Origin: Podarcis gaigeae | Taxonomy: Eukaryota | Assembly (NCBI GenBank): GCA_964106915.2 | Contig: OZ066916.1 | Strand: one strand, 5' to 3' | Length of the DNA stretch: 64,000 bases | Part shown: piece by piece, positions 38,520 through 50,616 of the stretch | Layout: each line of letters opens with the position of its first letter | Position numbering within the stretch: the first letter of the stretch is position 1 | Position numbers and translations under genes: made by a program | The notes under the pieces: generated by a model | What the model was told of the DNA's origin: nothing | Databases searched by the model: none | What the model saw: the letters and a program-made list of their open reading frames with translations, nothing else

Positions 38520-39090
38520 GTCACCACCCTAAAATGTTGGGTGTGCAGTAAATCAGCATGCTTGATTATATGATGCTTTGCAGATAAAAATGGGAGAGAA
38601 CATAATGTACGACTAGGAAGTATATTTGGATATCTATAAGCAAATGCAAAACACTACTAAACCTTAGGCTACGTAAGTACAATCCTGGTAACAACACACA
38701 CAACATAACGGCCTGTTTTTGACTATGTAACTTGTACTTCAATCACAATTCAACATATAATATCTCACGAAGTGTAATTCCATAGACCAACACATCATGT
38801 AAACAGAACATATCAAGAGAAATTAAAGTCCAATGGATGGTCAGGAGAGTTAGAATCTACACTGCCTCTCTGTTTAAAAAGGAACTTTGGCCAGTGATTG
38901 GATTTATTTTGTTCCATATTTCCGTCATGCAAGAATATGGTATGTAAACTTGTTTAATTTGTATGTTATGTTACTTAGTTTGTATAAGGATTATGTTACA
39001 TGATGTTTGTTTAATTTAGAGCATGCACAGCTGACGAAGCCCGGTTGGGCAAAACAAGGTATTATCCCGGAAACCTTGTCGTGCCATACC
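38520..39090 (+). mobile_element. Decayed Penelope-like element 3' end
   Basis: Faint GIY-YIG-region peptides (C-x-x-C; CTTRKYI...LRLR; W...LESTLPLCL), then a hammerhead-like CTGACGA...AAAC motif. Confidence 0.4.
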
Positions 39091-39155
39091 TTCAAGTTTT
39101 CCATCTGATCCGATATCTACATACAAGGAATGTTAGAATCCTCAAAGCAGCGATA

Positions 39156-39356
39156 CAGTCATACCTCGCGTTGAAGTAGCTTCGGGATGAATATTTTCGG
39201 GTCGCACAGTGCGGTGACCCGGAAATAACGCAGACGTTCAAAATGACGTCATGCGCAGAAGCGGCGAAACGCAACCCGCGCAGACGCGCCTTACGTTTAC
39301 TTCAGTATGCGAACTGGGCTACGGAATGGATCCGTTCGTATCCAGAGGTACCACTG
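39156..39356 (-). mobile_element. Tc1/mariner MITE, same family
   Basis: TA|CAGTCATACCTC...GAGGTACCACTG|TA. Confidence 0.85.
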
Positions 39357-39774
39357 TACGTGGAAAATCATAAGATAAGCATATCATATTGTGGTTATTG
39401 CCAATATGCCAATTTAGGAACCGAATGGACTTGTGAGATATTATATGTTCAATTGTGCTTGAAATAGAAGTTACATAGTCAAAAACAGCCTGTTGCATTG
39501 TGTTTGTTGTTACTATATCTATAAGCAAAGTCAAATGTTCTGAAAAAGTAGCATAGTGACTATAGTCATGGTGCATATCTGAATACACTCCCATGTCAAG
39601 CACTCCTTGAATGTGAAAAGGGAGCACATAAGGTAGAAAGGTTCTGTTTTAATGGTTCTGTTCTAATCTACTCCCTGATGTACTCAACTTTCTGCATATA
39701 GAACTCAACATGCATTCAGAAGAGAATCTGTTCTAGAAGAACTGTGCAACATGCCTTTTTTTAATATATGAACT

Positions 39775-39855
39775 GACAGAATTGTAAAGTTAGAAGGGAC
39801 CACAAGGGTCATCTAGTCCAGCCCCCTGCAATGCAGGAATCTCAACTAAAGCATA
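39775..39855 (-). mobile_element. CR1-type 3' end fragment
   Basis: AGAATTGTAAAGTTAGAAGGGACC...GTCATCTAGTCCAGCCCCCTGCAATGCAGGAAT. Confidence 0.6.
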
Positions 39856-40721
39856 CACAACAGAGTAGAACTCAATTGTTGAGCTTTCAACTTAAACTAC
39901 AGCAATGTTTTAAAGGAACACAATTAGTGAATGGCACAGGCTAGCACTTAATGGTTGCACAAACAGAAAGCCTGTGCAATCTCTCTCTCTCTATTCCCCA
40001 CTCCCTTCTATACTGCCCCGGAAAAGCCTTCTCCAAAGGAGAGGGCTGCACAGTGAGGGTTGTGTTATACTAGCTTGCAGTGGGAGGGGGGAAATCACCA
40101 AAATTAGGTGGAAGAATTTTGCTCTATCCTCTGCTGTACAGTCCTCTGCCTCCCCTTTTTGCAAGAGAAAGGTAGAGAAAGACTGCTTATGTGAGCTGCA
40201 ACCCTACCTCTGTATTAAGAAAAAATCAGGCACAACTCCAGTTCATGTCTCAATTCATGTTTTTTTAAAAATGTTGCTTATCCAAAACTGAAATTTCACT
40301 ACAGTATTCAGTTTCCAAGCATATTGTTTCAAATGCATTTTGGGGATTTAAATAATGAGCATGTGGGCTTATATTCAGAGAAACATGAAGTTGTTTCCAC
40401 TTACACATGATGTGATTTTCTGTTCCTCCACTCTGGTGGCAGCTCAACATGCCCCTTCCAAAAGCAGCAACACAGGGTGCTAAAACTGCACCCTCTGCTG
40501 TTTGATGGGCAGCTGCCAATCAGCATAGTAAGCTACCCAACTTATGTGTGCATCTAGGTGCTTTGTGCATGCACCAGCTTCTCAGAATGCAAGGCATTGT
40601 TTTTAAAGTAAGAAATCATGGTAAATTTTGTTTTAGAGAACAGATAAAAGCACAATATTTACATGTACTGCTGCATTTAAGAAAACACAAAAATAACTTA
40701 GACTTTCAGTATTGATTACAG

Positions 40722-40852
40722 CTACAGTATTCTTTCATAGAAAAGCAAGTAAGCTTGTGAATTTAATACTCTTGATTCTGTAACTGCTTGTACATGGGTA
40801 TCACTAACATATACCCACTGTCCTGCAGTGGCTCCTACAGAGTCTTTCAAAC
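40722..40852 (-). CDS. USP45: USP45 terminal coding exon
   Basis: [42 protein letters not shown]; 131 nt. Confidence 0.96.
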
Positions 40853-41489
40853 CTGAAATGCAAAAAACAAAACAAAAAGAGTTATTAATTACCATCATAG
40901 TGCAAAAGAGAATACAATATGACTAAGCCAGTAACTGTGAGAATTTTGAAGGTTTGCTATTGTATAAAATTCACTGAAACTTTGTTTTCATATCCTCAGT
41001 ACTGCCAGCTTTTGCCTTAGCAAAAGAGTACAAATGAGTACAACTGCATGTTGAAGTGAGCCAGGATGGCCTTGAAAACTGAAGCTACTTTGTTGGATAC
41101 TTCCACTGCTCTGTGCTTGGGCAGGGAGACAAGGGCCAGTAACTGGGGGCGGGGGGACAGAGAAGAAATGGAAATAAAAGTGCACAGAGCACCAAAACCC
41201 CACTACATGAGCAGTGGATTTCTCCTCCTTTCTAGCCTCTTGAGATTTCACTAGAAACTTGTCCATGTTACAAATACATTTCTGCTTCTGTGCAGGCTAC
41301 ACACTGATATTTAAAAAAAGAGAAATCTTAGCTTCTGAAGATACCCATTTTATGGGGCTGCTTTGTAAATTCAGAATCATTGAGTCTACAGCACAGATAT
41401 CCAGCAGTCCTGGATACTACACAGAGTCCTGAACAATGTTAAATGACATCTTATCTCCAATGTAGAAGATACAAGATTTCAGCAGTAAA

Positions 41490-41830
41490 TGTTAAGAAGG
41501 GCCCTGATGACCCATCAAGTCCAGCACTCTTTTGTCATGGTGGCTAACCAGATGCCTATGAGAAGCCTATGAGCAGAACCTAAGTGCAGTAGTGCTCTCC
41601 CACTGACTTCCAACAACTGGTATTCAGAGCCTTACTGCTTCCAACATAGTCATCTTGATTACTAGCCATTCATGGCCTTACTGTCCATGCGTCTGTCTAA
41701 TATTTTAATGCCATCCAAGTTGGTGGCCATTATTACTACCTTGTGTGGGAGAGAATTCCACTGTTTTAATTATCATGTGCTGTGTGAAGAAGTACTTCCC
41801 TTCAGTATGTCCTGAATTTTCCAGCATCCA
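41490..41830 (-). mobile_element. Old CR1/L3-like LINE 3' fragment
   Basis: TAAGAAG..CCCTG...CCATCAAGTCCAGCA...GAATTCCA...TGTGTGAAGAAGTACTTCC pattern. Confidence 0.5.
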
Positions 41831-42066
41831 GATTCAAAAGTTACTGGAAATCTTGAATGTGCAAATTATTGCAAGCGTAAGAAACGGAATGTCTTAATTG
41901 TCCTTTTGCTGAAAAAAGGTGGGCTGGATCTAAAATATAAATGTTTATTGTAGTTGCAGAAGTACTGAACTGATAAAACCAACTGCGTGATACTGAGAAA
42001 AGGGCATGCATTTAACGTACTAGATGTGCGTGTCCCCAAAATACATCATTTTATTTAGGTACATAC

Positions 42067-42220
42067 CTTGAACATTTCTGTTGCTAGAAATGTGCTCCAA
42101 CATCTTTTTGGATGGTGCTCTGACTTTCACATATGCTGCATAGTGACCTCCTCGCATGGACCCACTATGCTCCACTATTCCATAAAGAGAATAGAGAACT
42201 TTCCCACCATCTGCCACATT
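42067..42220 (-). CDS. USP45: USP45 coding exon (His box)
   Basis: NVADGGKVLYSLYGIVEHSGSMRGGHYAAYVKVR...; 154 nt. Confidence 0.96.
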
Positions 42221-42554
42221 CTTCATTGCAAAAACAAAAGGGAGACAGAAAGGGAGAAACGTGATTTCTATGCAGTGAGTTTTGAGAACATACTCAGCTT
42301 AAAAATATAACAATTAGCAAAAACAGTGACAAGCCTTCACTAATTCTACATCTTAGGCTAGCAAAAGGTGTGGTTTTTTTAAGCTATTACCAATTCAATA
42401 CAGCTATCTTGACTTGGCAGAGAAATGAGGCTTTCTGTAATTTAAGGGGAAGCCTTAGGCTTCACTTGAAAACAAAGACAGCTGTAAAAACTGAAGCCTG
42501 AAATTATCTTTGAAGTACTGTATAAATTGAAATGGTGCTTCTGACATGCCATAC

Positions 42555-42641
42555 CTTGCAAGAGGCAGAACAAAACGGAGCCAAGTCCAAAACAAGAGGG
42601 AAATCCACATGACGGTTTACTTTCCTTAGACTCATACCAGC
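42555..42641 (-). CDS. USP45: USP45 coding exon
   Basis: AGMSLRKVNRHVDFPLVLDLAPFCSASCK; 87 nt. Confidence 0.96.
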
Positions 42642-43359
42642 CTGAAGAAGAAATGAAATATTTACTGTTTCTACTTGAGTGCCACCTGAATCCAGCTGTA
42701 CTGCAAAAGCATAGTACTGAACTTTTTAAATTCAAAAATTCTGAATCGACTGCAATGACAAGAACAGTATACATACACTGACAAATTTATTTATTTACTT
42801 GTTACGTTGATAAGAAAATTGCTAAATTCAGTCATGCAGAAATGCAACATAGAAGGCTAAATTGCAGTACCACAAAGAGAAAGGCTGCATCTGTTGAAAT
42901 TATGTATTGTACAGAACTAAACTGCATTTTTAAAAAATCCTATAAATCTAAAGACCCACTTACAAAATGGCTCAGTCATTTCTACCTTATTTATTTATAA
43001 ACCACACAGTCATAGAAAATATAACAAGGCAGTACACAACATTAAGAGCCAACAAATCCTACTCAGAGTAGACTCTTTGAAATTCATGAACCTTTGTTAG
43101 TCATGTGTGTTAGCTTCAATGGGGTCTGGTCAGAGTAGGATTAGCAATGGATACCACCCTAAAACACAATTTTCTTTGGCTGTGTATAAAAGGATCAAGT
43201 CTTTGATATTTCTTCCACAGTCAAAATGCGACATGGATGAGGATAATTTTCATCAGCAGAAGAATCACTAGTCACTCTGGAGAAAATACAGTTTTACAGA
43301 AATTCAGTACAGTCCAAAATTATAACTCGTTTCAGTAACACCTTATTTCAAGACTTTAC

Positions 43360-43457
43360 CTGATGAAATCTTTTCAGATGGAGAACAAGAACAGCAGGAA
43401 CCGAAGAAATCAACAGCTGCTTCCTGGCATTTGTATATACACCTTCTATTTTCTTTT
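43360..43457 (-). CDS. USP45: USP45 coding exon
   Basis: KKIEGVYTNARKQLLISSVPAVLVLHLKRFHQ; 98 nt. Confidence 0.96.
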
Positions 43458-45443
43458 CTGTACAGAAAAAAAAATACCAATTTAAAAAGCATGGCAGTAT
43501 TTTTTATTTTCTGTAGTATTTTAAGTATGCATACAATCCCTACAAAAATCCAGAAAGATGAATGTTTAGTAATAGTCCTATATTCTTATTTTTCAGATGG
43601 CAGCTGAGGTTAAATAAGCAATGATTTCCCTAAAGTCACCAACACAGCTAAATATCTGAGCCAAAAGTCTCCAAGATCTAATTCCATTAGACTTTCTACT
43701 GAGAACACTGGCTCAGTGAACATATTGAATGTTCAAAAATGGTCAGAAGGACCTCTCTTTTTTTGCTGGATATTTTGGACATAATATTGGAGAAAAAAAT
43801 ATTTCATATTTGATTATTAATTTTATAGTCAAACTAAAGGAATGGCTCTGGGAAATCCTGTTGCCTCTAGCACAGCAAATTTATGTAAGTCCTACTTCAA
43901 TAGCCACTATCAGTTCTGAAAAGAAGAAAAACCTTCATGTACAGTACAGCAAGTATATGATATTACTGCTCATCAGGACTGTGTGTTTTCCCCATGTTTT
44001 ATACAGATGAACATGGATGATATTCCGTCATATGAACTTACAACAGACACGGTGTTCGATGTTATGATTTATAACTCACACATACAAATTTGTGTAAAAA
44101 AATGACAGCAAATCCACTTTTAAAACAGATAGATACAGTCATGGAAGAAACACTTATCAATTTTTAATTGGCCCGGACACTCAAAACAGTGTTTCCATGC
44201 ACTGAAGCAATATATCTCACATTATCGGGTGCTAAGGGCAAACAACTTGTGGAAGTAGACAGACCTCAGTCTGGTCCAGCAAGTCATATTGCTAAACTCC
44301 TAAATTATGTTCTGAAGGGAGTAAGTTTCTGACAGAGAAAATTCAGCTAGAGGCAACTATTGCGATCTAGCCACTCTCCAACTGCATTATTTCCCATGTT
44401 TACAAATCACAAGACAAATCTCAATCTCTTTCACGTTGGAGTGATTTTGCTGAGAGGAACTGGGAGACATCAATAGAAGAAGAAAAACACTGTAAATGCA
44501 TTTTGGCCACAAGAGGGCATTAATATACAAATACAAACTAATGAAAGATGGTGACAAATGTCGTATTTATTTAGGTCCTCTAGAATATATAAATCACACA
44601 TGCACGTATAGACAAAACCTATTTATGCTACTGGAATAAATTACATATGTGGGGAATCTGCATAAATTTCATCAATCACAAGCTTTGTATTATATGTCAA
44701 TTAGAGTTAAGGTTTTGTGGAGTTTCTTGTTTTTTTAAAATTTGAAGTGCTTTGAATGTATCACATCAATATGTAATTGAGTGCATTTGTAGCCAAAATG
44801 GCATTATTCACACAGAAGAGGGACGTTATTAGCATGCTCTGGGGAATCTCAAGTTCTGTAGAGAGACAGCCAAAGAGGACTGAGCTTGCCTGAGTAGGCA
44901 TAGAATGACAACCAAGTGTCCCGAATCTTGCACGGGAGCACTGCACACCACAACCTTATGTTGCAGGCCCCATTTGTGCTTGTGTCATACAAATGTAATG
45001 GTTAAAAAGATTTAAGATTATTGAAAAACTGTACTGAGGTCAAAAAGATTTGCAAAGACATGGTGAGATGAACAGGTTCCCCTCATTAGTTCAGTCTCTT
45101 AAATGTCACTGGTTGTGTTCTGTGGTGCAATCATACAGCTTTTCAGGGTCTCTTGGTTATTCAGCCAGAATCCAAAGGACTATTTTAGGCTGATCAAGGT
45201 CTTGGAAATGCCCAAAAAGAGTTCTGAACTTTATATCTGGAGAGCGGACTTTCATGCCGGGTGACAAAAGGTCTTTGAAATTCCTCTCTGTTTCAAATGC
45301 AGTTTACCATGCAGGATGGTGGCTGCTTTTGAAGGCATATAATACATTCCCCATCCCCCCGCAAGTGTGCCAGAATCATACAATCCTTTGGACCCTAGAA
45401 AGTTGTCTATGTGAAACAATATACTCAGCCACCATTTCATTAC

Positions 45444-46134
45444 CTGTGAAATTTCCTTTCTTCTGCTGCTTCTGTTTCCGTTCCGTACACTTCTCACACA
45501 AAAGTTTGTTGTTTCCCATTAAGAGCTCCACATATGTAAACTGGTAGAGGCATGACTGGACTGAACATTCTTTAGAACTAGTTATGTAACACTGAGAAAG
45601 AGTCTGGAAAGCATTTTGAGGGTTTTGCAGTAACGTGGGGTTCTCTGCTGAAACGTCTATGTTGTTGGACAGACTTGACAGCTGATCTCTACTGAGAGTC
45701 CCTTCAGTCTCACTGACACCACTACCCAAGCAGAGGTTTGATAAGCCAGTAGTAAGTCCCTCTGTACCGCCATCACTTGATTTGTTACACTGTGGTTTAA
45801 TGCTTGCAGATAAATGTTTATGCTCATCAGTGCACACACCAGGTGTGCTACAAGCTCTGCTGGAAGCAGTTTGCTTAGAATGACTTTCGCTTTCAGAGGC
45901 CTCACTGTCTGCACCAATGCTACTTTCAGAATGACTTGCTTCTTTTTCACTGCCTTCAGTCTGACTTCCATTTGCTGCAGATTCCATTACCGAACTGCTG
46001 TCTCCTGTATATGGAACAGCAGATCTGCCTTCACCTTTAGTGTTTCTGACTTTTTTGTGCATGATAAAATGTCTTGTTTCTTCTTCAGCAGAGGAGGAAT
46101 TTTTGGCAAATCTTCTTTCATGATTTTCTTGGTT
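45444..46134 (-). CDS. USP45: USP45 large insertion-region exon
   Basis: NQENHERRF...SEKEASHSES...PQNAFQTLSQCYITSSKECSVQSCLYQFTYVELLMGNNKLLCEKC...; the nearest in-frame (phase 0) AG is at 46135-46136; 691 nt. Confidence 0.88.
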
Positions 46135-46853
46135 CTGTCAATTTCCACATCATTAGCAAAAGGGAGGAAAAAAACCCAAACGTAAGTCTGTTGAAAATCC
46201 ATAAAAGCATTGCATTAACTCTTAAAAGCATATTGAAAAGATGGGTTTTAAAAATAAAAATAAAAAACAGTATTTATGCATTTGCTTTAAAATGTCTTTG
46301 GCGATGTATTCTAACCTGAAATATCCTAGACAGAAAAACCCTTTAACCTATCTTATGGAAACCCTACAGCCCCTCCCAGGTGTTAAGAATAGCAGAAGGG
46401 GCTTCTTGGTAGTTCCACTACCCTCAGGAGTTTGGGTGGTGGTGGTCCTGGAGAGGGCATTCTCTATGGCAGACCCCAATATCCTCGTGGATTTCCATGG
46501 TCTTTATATAAGATGACAACAAAACCAGCCACAGAAGGCACAAAGACATACGATTTGATAATGGTTTTGAGGGGATTCCTTGCACAAATGATGATGATCC
46601 ATAAGTATCTGTGCACTGGATCCATGTTTTTGCATAGCAGTGCTGGAAAGCTCTGGATCTGTGATGTTTACAGATCAGTGAACACAGACACAGCTGACCA
46701 GTTATTTGATAGGAGTTGCAGGGCAGTCCAGTTTCCTTTCCCCAAATAACTCGCCTACCCCCATGCCCTTCTCAGTTACTCCACCTTCTGGTTAAGCTAC
46801 TCAGATACAGATAAGCTCTGAAAAGTATATAGAGCTGAAAGAGGTAGTGCCTA

Positions 46854-47188
46854 AAGGTGTAAAGGGACCCCTGACCATTAGGTCCAGTTGTGGCCGACTC
46901 TGGGGTTTTATTGGCCGAGGGAGCTGGTGTACAGTTTCCGGGTCATGGGGCCAGCATGACTAAGCCGCTTCTAGTGAACCAGAGCAGCGCACGGAAGCGC
47001 CGTTTACCTTCCCGCCGGAGCGGTACCTATTTATCTACTTGCACTTTGACATACTTTCGAACTGCTAGGTTGGCAGGAGCAGGGATCGAGCAACGGGAGC
47101 TCACCCCGTCGCGGGGATTTGAACCGCTGACCTTCTGATCGGCAAGTCCTAGGCTCTGTGGTTTAACCCACAGTGCCACCCGCGTCCC
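46854..47188 (-). mobile_element. Sauria/Squam1 SINE, full length
   Basis: tRNA-like head GGGACGCGGGTGGC; 12-bp TSD AGGTAGTGCCTA (46842-46853, 47190-47201). Confidence 0.92.
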
Positions 47189-50100
47189 TAGGTAGTGCCT
47201 AGGATATCTTAAATTTAATGCATTAATTTAGTATTGCAAACAAAAATATTTAGTTACTAACCAAACTTAAAGCTTAAATTCAATTTTTGATTCCATGCAA
47301 TTCAGACTTAGATTCTATCTGTAATAAAATCTCTTACACTTTCAAAATCAATTTATCTTAAGGGCTTGTAAAACTTCTGCAATAAATAAAGAAAAAACAG
47401 TGGCAGCTCATTCCTCTCATGACTCCAATTCTACAATATTTCATGGATGGATTATTCTTAACATAAAGCTATTTTGGCTGGTTTGAGCAGTAAGTGGGAT
47501 ATGAAAGCATAATAAAAATGAATGTGTACAACTTAAGTAAAACTGAAAGTGTTTAAAAATCCATCTTGAGAACTATATGAACACTATTATACATTTATCA
47601 ACACTACAAAGTTTAACTATGATTAATAAAAGCAGCATTAGGCTCAGCAAAAAGGATTTAAAAGCCTGCCTTCCAATAAAGTGTTGGTTTTTTTCCAAAT
47701 GCCCTTGAATATTCAGATATAGCTGGGCTTTCTGTCATCCTTGGCTAAGGAAAGAGGTTCCCAACACATGGTGTTTGGAATTGGCAGTGTCCTATCTCAA
47801 AATAAATTTTCTAGTAAATATAAAGACGGTAAATATCCCTTAGGTGATAGTCCTAAATTACCTCAGCTGGAACTAAAGTCCACTGAATTCAACCGGGCAC
47901 ACATACAAGTTTATGTTTATATGACCAAGGGGACCAAGAAAGCTTTCAACTAGCAACAAGAAACTTTCTAAATGAAAGTGAACCATTTAACTATAGAGTG
48001 TAAAGACCTCTTTAGGTCATTTACATACTCCTCCTCAGATGTATTTCTCTTTATTTTAATTCAGACTTTGAATTCTAAAATTAATCAGCCTCTAGACCCT
48101 ATTAGAATTTTCCCAACTTGCTGTATTATTATGGGCAAGTCACTCATCTAAAAATGGGAACGGCTTCCATTAATTTCTATGGCTCAAAGCTTATACTCTT
48201 AAAAGCCTTTCTAAACAATCAGGAGGAAGGGAATTGCACTTTAGTGGCATGGGATCCAAAATACCCTTCCTTACAGAAGCACTTGTATTGGCTGTATCAC
48301 ATTTTCCTAGTGCTCAAATCACAGCCTATGTTGCTCATCTCCCAGCAAGCAAGGTCTTTGGACTGAAAATTCTGCCAGGAATGTGGCTGAGCAAGTTTCA
48401 TGGGCCACCAACAGGCCATCAACATTTCAGGAAATGGAAGAGTCCAAGCCTGTACCCCAGAGTAGGGGACCCACTACCAATACCTGCAGGCTCCTGATCC
48501 TGATATACTCATCCTCACTGCTGCTGCTGCTGCTTGTTTATCCGCCCTCTTGAAAGGAACAAGCAAGGAGAAGGAGCAGAAACCCAGCATGCCTCACTGA
48601 TTATCTTAGAGGACTGGGCCAGTGGGAGAGGTAAGCAAGTGAGAAACAACAGCAAGGTGGAGGGCCATCTCATGCAGTATCTTGCCTCAAAGTACCAAAA
48701 AGCAGCACTTGGTACTATCAGTGACTTACTGATACTGCTGATGACATTCTTGATCACCCCATCCCATGTCTGAGACTGCACAAAAGAGACTTGCATGAAA
48801 GTTGAAACTGACTGCTTTCCTGCAGGCAAACTATTGGGGGGGTGGGGCAAAACTCATAGTATTTACAATTATTCAATTCCCATTGAAGGATTTCCCAAAT
48901 AGCCCCTGAAATTCAGTTCCCTGTATTGCTAGCTCTGGATTCCTCCACATACAGTCTGAGCATTCCCACTTGTCTTGCCTTTTAAAAATAAGAAGGGGGG
49001 AAAGGAACACAGCACAACTATTATTCTCCATGCATTGTACATGGCCTCAATTTCTCACTGCTACCTCTGAATCAATATGGATTCCCCCCCCCCCAAAAAA
49101 AAAGATTAAAACATAGCAGGGGCAGTCTGTGGCCTGATGGTCTCACCACAATTCCTTTAGTGACCTTTGCCACTATACAAGTGGTAGAATGTTTGAAGGA
49201 AGCCTTGTGGTCCAGTTTCTGAAACTGGAAAAATAAAAAAAGCATCTCCTAATTCCAGACTCCATTAAAAAAGAGGGGGAGAGTTTCTACAAATTTGCAT
49301 GACTGCATACAAAGAGATGCCAAGTAGAAGATTTTGTTCTAAGAGCAAATGTATCAAAATCTGAAACAGACAACAAACATAAAAATCAAAGCATTTGTGT
49401 GTATATGGTAGTGGGGGGGGGAGAAGGGGGGAGAGAGAAAAGAGCACAATAATGGAAGGGAATGAAAAAATAAAAAGCATAAATAGCCATTGAAACCTTA
49501 ATGCCATCCAAAAATAAATAAGTAGGTTTTAAGATTTTCAGCAATGGTATTTTTAAAGTCAGTGGATTAAAAGAACGAATAGAAGATGGGAAATTCTGCC
49601 AGACTGCCTTAGAGGCCTCACGCTCACCACTCAGCTGTTAAGCAAAATATTTTTTCATCTGTCAAATGCTGAAGGATATAGGTTAAAATTTTAAATGAAA
49701 AAATGGTCTGAAGTATTCTATTTTCAATAAATGATCTAAACATAAAAGCTTTCCTTGTAAAATAATCTACAGTAGAATATTTGCAGCAAAAAATATCAGC
49801 ATCTCACATTGTATTAGCACATCATATCTGCAGCATGCTGTGCCACCATCAGGAAGAACCATGTTAAGAGGCTGAACTATGGTTCATAGGCCCTTGGGCC
49901 ACTGGAGGCTGAGCACATCATGGAAGCCATGTTCCAAGTCTCCCGGGAGACTGTGTTGGCTGCACTTCTCATATAGTACACCCTGCCAACTGATCCACCA
50001 AATGGCACGAAGGCTGACTTGTCTGCTCTCTTGGCCAGCCCTGCACTGCTTGCAATTGCAGCCAGAAGCAAACTTGGACAACACTAGAGGAAAGCAGGGA

Positions 50101-50472
50101 GGAGGGCACAGAGTGTGGAGAATGAATTTGAAAAGTAGCTTTTTATTTTATTTTATTTTAAGAAAGAAAGATCATTTTTAAACCCATTTTTTTATAAAAG
50201 AAAAAATAACCTACAGACACACACACATACAATATTTATAGGTGTGGGTGTGAATATATCACACACATTTAAGTTTCATAAATACAGTACTTTAAAATGT
50301 ATTAACACCACATCATGAGCCCCGGAAGTATTCGGTGTACATATATCAAAAAATCTGCAATACAGTGCTGTAGATTAAAAGAGACCTATTCAAACCAAAT
50401 TTGCAGCTACTGCAAATTTCCATAAAAATGTGATTTGTTATACAACTAGTTGAACTGCTGTTGCATTCTTAC

Positions 50473-50616
50473 CTTATCTTTTGTTAACAAATGTTTTCTA
50501 GACAATTTAGATTGTTGATTATTCAGAGCAGTAACAGAAGAACAGTTGTACTCAACATCTGCTTCTTGGATATGTTTACCTCTGCTCGTCCTCCCAAAAG
50601 GAACAGGTTTTGAGAT
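50473..50616 (-). CDS. USP45: USP45 coding exon
   Basis: ISKPVPFGRTSRGKHIQEAD...RKHLLTKDK; 144 nt; phases 0-0. Confidence 0.88.
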
